Assembly (NCBI GenBank): GCA_035493215.1
Contig: DATJIO010000007.1
Span: 15,578 to 79,577, forward strand
From: Caulobacteraceae bacterium
GTDB lineage: Bacteria; Pseudomonadota; Alphaproteobacteria; Caulobacterales; Caulobacteraceae
Reading direction: 5' to 3'
DNA length: 64,000 nucleotides
Below the pieces are notes generated by a model. The model saw only the letters and a list, made by a program, of their open reading frames with translations. It did no database searches and was not told the origin of the DNA. This document shows, in pieces, positions 43,981-51,559 of the stretch. Each line of letters starts with the position of its first letter. The first letter of the stretch is position 1. A program made the position numbers and the translations under genes.

Positions 43981-44645
43981 TGGAACGCCTTCTCGAACTC
44001 GGCGGGAAACAAGGGGTAGCGATCTAAGCGGCTGTGAACGTGCCGCTCATAGGCGTCAGCGTGTGCCACGAACTTCCCATATGCTTCCACCTGTTCAGCG
44101 GTCAGAAGCCGCTGATTCGCCTGCACGATGTTCATGATCCTGCGGTTATTGGGAACGATACGATCTGCTCGCCGGAGTTCCCAAAGGCCGTGCAGATTTG
44201 ACCCCGGATCGCTCATGGCGGCCTCGGATTTCGGGCCATAGTTGGCCCATATGCTGCGGTTCTCGGTTAGTAGGAAGCGGACTCGGCCTGCGAGTTCCTC
44301 GTTCGATGAAAACAGTTCTTCTGACCCCAAATTTCGTGTGCGGTCTTCGTGTAGGAGTTTCCAGTGTCGGAGTTCCTCGGCGGGAAACGTGCCCGCTGGG
44401 GCCTTGTCCACATCCCGATGGCAGGTCGGGCATAGCAGGATGAGGTTGTCATAGCTGTCGCTTCCGCCGCCCGTGACGCCGCGCGGTCCTCCTTCAGCTT
44501 TGGCAATGACGTGTGCCATCTCGCCCACGATGTAGTGCTTCCCGCCTTCGATTAGCCGGGTGAGATCGGTGCCGCAGCCGGGGCGGGAACACGTGCCAGC
44601 CGCCCGACCCCAGAGGAGTTTTATGTCTGGGTCGGGGATAGCCAC
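43977..44645 (-). CDS. HNH endonuclease with about 130-aa C-terminal helical domain of unknown function
   Basis: 222-aa ORF with a GTG start preceded by GAGG at a 6-nt spacing. The zinc/HNH pattern is C19-x4-C24 ... EMAH45 ... YDN67LILLC72PTC75H76. Confidence 0.85.
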   Translation of the reverse strand: MAIPDPDIKLLWGRAAGTCSRPGCGTDLTRLIEGGKHYIVGEMAHVIAKAEGGPRGVTGGGSDSYDNLILLCPTCHRDVDKAPAGTFPAEELRHWKLLHEDRTRNLGSEELFSSNEELAGRVRFLLTENRSIWANYGPKSEAAMSDPGSNLHGLWELRRADRIVPNNRRIMNIVQANQRLLTAEQVEAYGKFVAHADAYERHVHSRLDRYPLFPAEFEKAFQ

Positions 44646-44841
44646 AATTCGCCTCGAACGTCTTCTGCCTGTGCTCGGACGGGCTTTAGCAGCATTTCCC
44701 GGTCATCATCTTCTCTCGGGATTGTCACGGAGTATCACCGATCATGGCCCCGCCAATGCGGGGTCGGAACCCGCCGGGGCGTATGACTGTCTGATGTGCT
44801 CGTTTCCCAATGCTGGTGCAGCGGAGAGGGAGGCGGTCGCA

Positions 44842-45372
44842 TCACCCCTCGGTCGGGAAGAAATCTTCCAGAAAGAGCATCGTCTCAGGGGCGGACGACG
44901 CATGTTGTTCCTTGGCGATGTAGAAGGCGAACCCGGCAGGATTGGCCGCGTCCGTTGTCCACTGCGAGCCACCAGCCCACACGTCAGACCACAAGCCGCG
45001 CTGGGTTGGCGGGAACATCTCACTGAACCGTTCGAGCCGCGCATGCTGAACCCGCAGCAAGCCGTGCGCGTGAAGGTTGGACTTCAGGTGCTCGAACATG
45101 AACACGCCCGTCGTGCGGTCATTTCGCCGCCGCGTGAACCGCCTTCCGAGCAGCTTGCGGTCCACCTTGCCGAAGCACTCGCCGATGGCCGACCGCGCGT
45201 TCGCCAGTGAGACCGGCCTGTTGAAGTTCAGCGTCATGGCGATGTTCAGCGTGGGATCGCTGAGCCAACGGCTGTAGGCTGAGCGGCGCGTCATGTTGAA
45301 GCGCGCCTTGAAATCGTCGTTCGGGAGCATGTTCTTTCCAAGTTGTTGGGTTTCTTGAGTGTAGTGAAGCAT
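44842..45372 (-). CDS. HUH-motif protein (rolling-circle Rep / Inovirus Gp2 (YagK/YfjJ)-like candidate)
   Basis: 176-aa ORF. Three motifs occur in canonical order: MTLNF (motif 1-like), NLHAHGLL (HUH) and FAFYIAKEQ (YxxK). The RBS is weak, so the start is uncertain. Confidence 0.45.
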   Translation of the reverse strand: MLHYTQETQQLGKNMLPNDDFKARFNMTRRSAYSRWLSDPTLNIAMTLNFNRPVSLANARSAIGECFGKVDRKLLGRRFTRRRNDRTTGVFMFEHLKSNLHAHGLLRVQHARLERFSEMFPPTQRGLWSDVWAGGSQWTTDAANPAGFAFYIAKEQHASSAPETMLFLEDFFPTEG

Positions 45373-45477
45373 GGTTAACCTATTTAGTCTAAGGGTTCAC
45401 GTTAGCGGTATGAATTCCTACCGGTCAAAATCATTCTGAGACGGTCTGGATAAATACCATCAGCAACGGAGGTAAGA

Positions 45478-45714
45478 ATGGTTGTCGGTGAGATTTACAA
45501 TGAGATGTTCGAGCGTGACCTGACGGACTCGATGCGAAGTTGGAGTGAGCAGTGGGCTGGGCGTTCTCACAACTTCGCCACGACTCACTGGGCGAAACCG
45601 CTACCTGCGGAGACCGCGATCCATCTGCGGAAGCGGCTGATCGCGGAAGGCCACCCGGACTTGGCGGCCAAGGTTCTGCTGGCCCTACTGGACGAGGTGC
45701 TTTATGCCGCATGA
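45478..45714 (+). CDS. Small hypothetical protein (78 aa)
   Basis: ATG is preceded by GGAGG at a 5-nt spacing. It is the first gene of the plus-strand cargo module. Confidence 0.5.
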   Translation: MVVGEIYNEMFERDLTDSMRSWSEQWAGRSHNFATTHWAKPLPAETAIHLRKRLIAEGHPDLAAKVLLALLDEVLYAA

Positions 45715-45919
45715 ACACGATCCGGCGCCAACGCCATTCAGCACTGAAGACTTGATGCTGAAAGGTCGGAACGGCGCGTTTCCAGACGGCTATCTGAATG
45801 CCTATCTGGCTCACCTGCGTCGTTCGCACGCCGCCGCCCAAGCGGAGATCGACCGCCTATTCGCCGAGGCGGCTGACGATCCCGCCGAGTTGGCGCGGCT
45901 CAGTGATCTCCGGTTCTGA
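45704..45919 (+). CDS. Small hypothetical protein (71 aa)
   Basis: The ATG overlaps the previous gene's end by 11 nt and is preceded by GAGG. The C-terminal half is helical. Confidence 0.4.
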   Translation: MPHEHDPAPTPFSTEDLMLKGRNGAFPDGYLNAYLAHLRRSHAAAQAEIDRLFAEAADDPAELARLSDLRF

Positions 45920-45930
45920 CGTGCGATCCG

Positions 45931-46200
45931 ATGCGCTACCGGGAGATCGTTGAGACGGGCGCCGGCGCCCAGATATGGAAGCAGACCGAGCGGGCTATGG
46001 ATGCCCTTCGGACGCTGCGCTCCAAACAGGCGAAGGTATCGGATGCGCGCGCTTCCGCTCGCGCACTGCCTACTGGTCAGGAACGGGCACGCCGTCTCCA
46101 CGCTGCGGATCGGAATGATGCCGATGCTCGCCGAGTCTACGGCGATGCGGTGAGCCGGGCGAATGATCGGGCGCGCGAAGCGATGGCGAAGCGTCGCTGA
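45931..46200 (+). CDS. Small basic helical hypothetical protein (89 aa)
   Basis: The ORF starts 12 nt after the previous stop. There is no clear RBS. Confidence 0.35.
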   Translation: MRYREIVETGAGAQIWKQTERAMDALRTLRSKQAKVSDARASARALPTGQERARRLHAADRNDADARRVYGDAVSRANDRAREAMAKRR

Positions 46201-46241
46201 CTTGTCGCCGCAACCGCGAGCTTAGGCTAAACGCGGTATCC

Positions 46242-47945
46242 GTGTTGGGGCATCGCAGAATGACCATGATTTCCGATCCTGCGATTTGCGGCAGCGGAGT
46301 GATAACCGGCGCCTTTCCAAGCCCGGACGGCAACGTGCTCGCAATAGCGAGCCGGTTTTCGCTTCTCGTAAATCCGCGTTCGAGGGCCTGCTACGCGGGC
46401 CAAACGCTCCACTACAGGCTTGCCCTCTATCGGCGCGGCGAGATCGTGCCTTTCGCCGCTTTTGATCGGCTCCGGTTCCACATCAACGACGTGGCCTTTC
46501 ACCCAACTGAACCGGTCGTTGCGATTGCGACCGGCAGCTACGACGGGGGGTATTGCTTCGAGGGCGATCTCGTTCTGTGGAACTGGATTGACGACCTGCA
46601 CGGTCGGCCAGTCGCGCAGATTCCCGAGGTGGTGCGCTGTCGCTTTGACGACTCAGGCGGGGCCGTCGAGTCCCTTGTCCGACCCTGGGACGAGGAATGG
46701 GAAGGGCTACCGGAGCCTCGTGAGGATACGGCGTTCGATAGCCTGTTCCCGGTTCGGATTCCCTACACAGGAGCAGCCTTCGCCGGAACGGATTCCGTCG
46801 AGATCGAGCTAACGCCGTGCAGCCGGCTCGAACGTGCTCAAGCAGTTGCCCATGGGTTCGCCGAGATCGCCACCGCCAACGCTGACGAGGCGGAATCGCG
46901 CGCATTGTCGTGGCTGAGCCTCCCTCATCAAAAGTTGAGGCACGCCATTCGGGACGTGGGCTGGCTGGACGACCAACATCTCGCCGTCGTCCATGACGGA
47001 TGCCTACTGGAAATCTTCGACATGACGGGAGATCGGACGGGCGCGTTCTACGGCGAGGGCTACGGCGCGGAGATTCTAAAATCGACTCCCCCGTGCGTTC
47101 ACATCGTTGAGCCGCCTTCGCTGGCAGACCGCTATTCGCCGCAGCGAGGTGTCGCCAAACTGTGCGCGATCTCCAATGGGGAGCTAACGGAGGTCGGCTC
47201 ATTTGAGGGGGAGTATACCTTCTCATCTTCCCCGAGCGGCCTTGTCCTTGGGCGGTTGAACCGCATCCCGACTGGCAACTCGACCAAGGATGTGTTGCTC
47301 GACTTGGTCGAAAGCGGAGAGGCCAAGAAGATTGATCTTGGGCACTACGATTGCTTCAACCACTACATCGGGATCGACGGGGCGCCCTACCTCTTCTTCC
47401 TCCAAGGAACTCCGCCATCCTCGCACAAGGACAAGCGGTTGTGCGTGGTTCAGCCGACCGGCGACGTGCGGACGCTGTGGCCGCTGTTGGCCGCTGACGG
47501 GACGAATGCAAGCCATGCCATGGAGTGCTGCGGCTGCTTTGTGGGCGACGGAGCGGGCGAGGGCGTTGTCGTCAGCGGCAGGCACTATGAGCCCAACCCT
47601 TCAAGGCCAGTCGCAGCGTTCATCTATCGCAAGGCGTTGGGCGCGGATCGGGAGTTATGGCGCCACGAGACCGATGCGTGCGCGAGTGCCGTCGCGTTTG
47701 TGGCCGACGAAGGATTGATCGCGGCGGCGTTCCTTGATGGAACGCTCATGCTGTTGCGCGCCTCTGACGGCCACATCTTGTTCGCGGGCAAGGCCCGGAT
47801 TGATGGTGTCCGCACGATCATCTTCTGCATGGATGCCAGCGGGGATCGTCTCGCGCTCGGCACGGTCGATGGCCGGATCGCAGTCGTCAGTGTGAAGGAC
47901 TTGCTGAACGATCCCCCACACGCGGGATGGTTCGAGCTTCGTTAG
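46242..47945 (+). CDS. WD40-like beta-propeller repeat protein (about 560 aa)
   Basis: WD-type blades sit at both ends: DVAFHPTEPVVAIATGSYDG...GDLVLWNW at the N-terminus, and AVAFVADEGLIAAAFLDGTLMLLRASDG and LALGTVDGRIAVVSVKDL at the C-terminus. The track start is a GTG at 46242; alternative ATGs lie at 46260 and 46266. Confidence 0.65.
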   Translation: MLGHRRMTMISDPAICGSGVITGAFPSPDGNVLAIASRFSLLVNPRSRACYAGQTLHYRLALYRRGEIVPFAAFDRLRFHINDVAFHPTEPVVAIATGSYDGGYCFEGDLVLWNWIDDLHGRPVAQIPEVVRCRFDDSGGAVESLVRPWDEEWEGLPEPREDTAFDSLFPVRIPYTGAAFAGTDSVEIELTPCSRLERAQAVAHGFAEIATANADEAESRALSWLSLPHQKLRHAIRDVGWLDDQHLAVVHDGCLLEIFDMTGDRTGAFYGEGYGAEILKSTPPCVHIVEPPSLADRYSPQRGVAKLCAISNGELTEVGSFEGEYTFSSSPSGLVLGRLNRIPTGNSTKDVLLDLVESGEAKKIDLGHYDCFNHYIGIDGAPYLFFLQGTPPSSHKDKRLCVVQPTGDVRTLWPLLAADGTNASHAMECCGCFVGDGAGEGVVVSGRHYEPNPSRPVAAFIYRKALGADRELWRHETDACASAVAFVADEGLIAAAFLDGTLMLLRASDGHILFAGKARIDGVRTIIFCMDASGDRLALGTVDGRIAVVSVKDLLNDPPHAGWFELR

Positions 47946-47970
47946 GCGACGGTATCACAGGCCATGGCCT

Positions 47971-48035
47971 TACGAGACCTTCGCACTGTGTCTCATTGAG
48001 GTGGATGCTTGACTTTTGAGACAATTAGTCTCACA
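47971..48035. promoter_or_regulatory. res-like cluster of GAGAC/GTCTC half-sites upstream of the resolvase gene
   Basis: The half-sites are CGAGACC (47973-47979), TGTCTCA (47989-47995), and TGAGACA (48017-48023) with AGTCTCA (48027-48033). The last two form the inverted repeat TGAGAC-AATTA-GTCTCA. The half-site resembles the Tn3/gamma-delta resolvase TGTCYNNTA consensus as I recall it. Confidence 0.35.
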
Positions 48036-48043
48036 AGGTCCCT

Positions 48044-48622
48044 ATGTCCAGTGAGAATATCAAAGCCGGTGCGGTCGTCGGATACGCCCGCACCTCGACC
48101 GGCGACCAAGATGCGGGTCTCGAAAGCCAGATCGCCGAACTGACGGCGGCGGGCTGCACGCGCGTCTTTTCGGAGAAGGTGTCGAGCGTCGATGCCGCGC
48201 GGCCCCAGCTTCATGCCGCGCTTCAGTTCCTGCGCGACGGCGACGAGTTCGTCTGCACCAAGCCGGATCGGCTTGCGCGCAGCACGACGGAACTGCTCCG
48301 TATCGTGGAAGACCTGACGGCGCGTGGGGTGCGCGTCCGCCTGCTGTCGATGAACATCGACACCAGCACCGCCACGGGCAAGCTGCTGCTGACGCTCATG
48401 GGCGCCGTGGCCGCGTTCGAGCGCGAGATCATGCTGGAACGCCAGCGCGCCGGGATCGCCAAGGCCAAGGCCGAAGGGAAGTTCAAGGGCCGGGCACCCA
48501 CGGCGCGCGCCAAGACCGCCGAGGTTCACCGGTTGATCTCAGCGGGCTGCAAGCCAGCGGAAATCATGAAGCTCACTAACATCAGCCGAGCGAGCTTCTA
48601 CCGGATCGCCAAGGCGGCGTGA
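48044..48622 (+). CDS. Small serine recombinase (resolvase/invertase family)
   Basis: 192-aa ORF with the catalytic-Ser context VGYARTSTGDQ, DRLARS, and a C-terminal HTH (AEIMKLTNISRASFYRI). Confidence 0.9.
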   Translation: MSSENIKAGAVVGYARTSTGDQDAGLESQIAELTAAGCTRVFSEKVSSVDAARPQLHAALQFLRDGDEFVCTKPDRLARSTTELLRIVEDLTARGVRVRLLSMNIDTSTATGKLLLTLMGAVAAFEREIMLERQRAGIAKAKAEGKFKGRAPTARAKTAEVHRLISAGCKPAEIMKLTNISRASFYRIAKAA

Positions 48623-48644
48623 TGGTGGGGCGCCGGCGCCCGTC

Positions 48645-50352
48645 CTACGCGGCCCTGAGCCGCCGGAAATAGGCTTCCATGCGGCTCCGGTTGCGGGGGC
48701 TGTCGATACCCTCAAGCATTTCGTCTGCGGTCGCGCCGGTGTTCGGATGGACTTCCCAAAGGGTCTGGCCATCGCGGTCGAAGGCGATCCGGTGAACGCC
48801 GCCCACCAGCACCATGACCGCGCTCATATCGCCCCATCCGTTGAAGCCGAACTCGACGGCCTCGACCACGCTGCGAACCGCGTCCGCCACCTTCGCCGGG
48901 CGGCGACGCGGGTCTCGTAGTCCTCGGCATATAAGGCGGTGCGGACTTCCAAGACGCGCTTGGCGTGCTCCTTAGGGCTGACCGCACCGCGAGCCACTTG
49001 CAGGGCCTTCTCATCCTTGCTGGCCTGCTCCTTGAGCGCGCGGATGGCAGCTTCGATCTCGGCCAACTCTTCCTGAAGAAGCTCGGATTCTTCCCGCGCG
49101 GCCAACGCCTTCATCAACCGCTTTGCCCCGGCTGTCTGATTTTCGATGGCGCGGTTCGTTTCGGCCAACCTGATCGCCAACGCCTGCGTCTGGTCGGGCT
49201 GCTGAAAGAACCTGTCGTCGAGCGCAAGGTGCAGCATCGCGTCGAGCGCAGCCGTCTCGAATGGCCTGTAGGGGAAGAGCTTGCGCTGTCCGCAGCCCCG
49301 GCGCCCGTAGGCGTTCAGGCATTGCAGATAGCGGGCGGGTTTCGCGGCGTTGCCGACCAATCCCATGCGTCCGCCACATGCCCGGCAGACAACGAGGCCG
49401 GTGAACAGGTTCGAGAACTGGTCGCGCTTGCGACCGCCAGTGCCCTTGCGGGCGGCGACGGCGGCGCGGGCGCGGCCACGAGATCAGCATAAACGATCCG
49501 GGGGAAGTAGCCGACGATCCGCTCGCCGGTCTTCTCGCGGTTTCGGCGGCGGCCAATCCCCGGTTCGAGGTCGCCCTCGACCGCCGAGGATTTCAGGATG
49601 TCGCCGATGTAGCTGTGCTCCCAGCCGACGCGGATGGACTTCCGATGATGGAAGGTGCGTCCCCACGGCTTCACCTTGCGGTCGTTGAGGGCCTGCATGA
49701 TGGCCCGCGCTCCCGCGCCCGCAGCGGCCAGTTCGTAAATCTGCACCACGACGGCGGCACGTTCGGTGATCGGGCGGAACTTGCGAACGCCGCCATCGTC
49801 GAAGACTTCCAGCCAGCCGGGCGCGTGGGCGGAAATCAGGTAATTGGACTCGGCAGCCTTCTTGCGGTTGCCGACCCAAGCCGATTTCACCCTGATGCTG
49901 ATCGTCTCGGAAAGTTGGTTGGCGACGATGCCCTGCATGAACAGATTCATGATGGCCTGCATCTGGGCCGGATTGGCCGAAGAAAGGGCCTTCTCGTCGT
50001 AGAATCCGCCATCCATCGACGTTGCAATGGTTAGGCCGTGGCGGGTCATTTCGCGCAGCCAATCGACCGCAGCCCAAACGTCCTGACGGCTCAGCCTGTC
50101 GAGCTTCTCGACGCAAAGGATCGAACCGGCTTCGATCTCACCGGCGCGCACGCGATTGGCGAAGTCGCCAAGCTCTCCGCTCGTGAGATTGTCGCCCTTC
50201 CACGCGCTGACTCCCGTGTCGGCGAACTCGTCGGCGACTTCCCAGCCTTGCCGTTCACAGTAGGCGAGGTTGTCGCGCTGCTGTCGTTCGAGGCTGTCGC
50301 CCTTCTCCTGCTTCGCGGAAGAGAACCGGCAGTAGATGTAGGCTTTCGTCAT
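48645..50352 (-). pseudogene. Large serine recombinase (integrase) interrupted by two frameshifts
   Basis: The gene spans three consecutive minus-strand frames. (1) 49315-50352 encodes the resolvase domain (YIYCRFSSAKQ..., DRLSRQ) and a recombinase domain. (2) A frame open from about 49483 encodes ...RKGTGGRKRDQFSNLFTGLVVCRACGGRMGLVGN...YLQCLNAYGRRGCG (zinc ribbon) and a coiled coil. (3) 48645-48890 encodes the C-terminal tail. The frame changes fall near 49450-49483 and 48880-48910, both in GCC-rich runs. Confidence 0.8.
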
Positions 50353-50482
50353 TTCGCGCCCGCTGTGACCGGGCGCATCCAACGCGCCCATATATGTCGT
50401 CTCACGGAATCCGAATCCGTCAACCAAATAGGGTGGTTAACGAGTTTGGCCCCTGTGGGTCGGGCGTGTTCGTAACAGGCGA

Positions 50483-50734
50483 CTAAAGGGTGTTGACCCC
50501 GACCAGCCCGCCGTCGACCTCGACCAGCTCCAGGGTGTGGGCGAGCTTGCGCTTCGGGTCGGCCGACTTCGACAGCCAGACGTCCAGGCCCGGCCTGTTC
50601 AGCCCCAGCATGGCGCCGGGGTTGGGCACGTGGGCGGTCACGGTCTCGCCGGACTCTTCCAGCACCACGTCGGCGAGGAACCGCTTGTAGCGCTGGATCA
50701 GGCGGCCGCGCACGAGCGGTTGCGGGAAGTCCAT
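50483..50734 (-). pseudogene. sfsA: Displaced native 5' fragment of sfsA (83 codons, then stop at the island junction)
   Basis: [43 protein letters not shown]...LVGVNTL* is about 60-65% identical to the N-terminus of the intact copy at 42520-43254. The reading frame ends 2 codons past the GGTGTT junction. Confidence 0.85.
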
Positions 50735-50788
50735 GGGCCGCCTACTCACAGGGCTTGGGGCGATGAGCCGGGATAGGGAAATCGCGCG

Positions 50789-51559
50789 ATGAGCGCCACC
50801 GTCGATAAGCGCAGGGTCACCGCCGCCGCCCTGGTGATCGGCGACGAGATCCTGTCGGGCCGCACCCAGGACGTGAACCTGAGCGCCATCGCCAAGTACC
50901 TCGCCCTGCACGGGGTGGACTTGGTGGAGGCCCGCGTCGTGGCCGACGACCGCGCCGACATCGTCGCAGCCGTCAACGCCCTGCGCTCGCGCTACGACTA
51001 TGTCGTCACCACCGGCGGCATCGGCCCGACCCATGACGACATCACCGCCGACTGCGTGGCCGAGGCCTTCGGCGTGGCCCTGGTCGAGGACCCGCAGATC
51101 GTCGCCGAGATGACCGTCCGTTACGGCGGGGAGGAGCCCAACGCCGCGCGCCGGCGCATGGCGCGCATCCCTGAGGGCGGCTCGAAGGTCAAGAACCCGG
51201 TGTCGGGGCCGCCGGGGTTCCAGATCGGCAACGTCTTCGTCCTGGCCGGGGTGCCGCGGGTGGCCCAGGGCATGCTGGAGGACATCGGCTGGCGGCTGAA
51301 GGGCGGGGCGGTGGTGCTGTCGCGCACCGTGCGGGTCGTGGGCGTGCCGGAGGGGATGATCGCCGCGCCCCTGGAACAGGTGGCCCGGGCCCATCCCGAC
51401 CTGTCGCTGGGCAGCTATCCCTTCTATGGCCCGGCGGGATTCGGGGCCAATCTGGTGGTGCGCGGTCGCGACGCCGCCGCGGTCGAGGCCGCGGTGGGCG
51501 TGCTGGTCGAGACCCTGGCCGCGGCGGGCATAGCCGCCGTGCGGCAGGAGGAGGGGTGA
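50789..51559 (+). CDS. CinA-like molybdopterin-binding (MoCF_BD) domain protein
   Basis: 256-aa ORF with [19 protein letters not shown] and [15 protein letters not shown]. Confidence 0.85.
   Translation: MSATVDKRRVTAAALVIGDEILSGRTQDVNLSAIAKYLALHGVDLVEARVVADDRADIVAAVNALRSRYDYVVTTGGIGPTHDDITADCVAEAFGVALVEDPQIVAEMTVRYGGEEPNAARRRMARIPEGGSKVKNPVSGPPGFQIGNVFVLAGVPRVAQGMLEDIGWRLKGGAVVLSRTVRVVGVPEGMIAAPLEQVARAHPDLSLGSYPFYGPAGFGANLVVRGRDAAAVEAAVGVLVETLAAAGIAAVRQEEG

Larger units (their letters stand above)
42979..50494. mobile_element. Integrative island (about 7.5 kb) of the serine-recombinase type, inserted in sfsA
   Basis: A duplicated, diverged sfsA 5' region (42985-43254 versus 50495-50734) and GGTGTT at both junctions (42979-42984, 50489-50494). 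The large serine recombinase gene abuts the right end. Spot GC is 47-55% inside versus about 70% in the flanks. There are no phage structural genes. Confidence 0.75.

Noticed and set aside
49011-49556. 181-aa ORF and other alternative-frame ORFs (49350..49688, 49484..50116) inside the recombinase region
   Set aside because: These are alternative frames of the frameshifted large serine recombinase gene. Their translations are Arg/Pro-rich with no motifs.
42979-50494. Island as a prophage
   Set aside because: There are no capsid, portal, terminase, tail or lysis genes, and the size is only 7.5 kb. It is better described as a small integrative cargo or satellite-type island.
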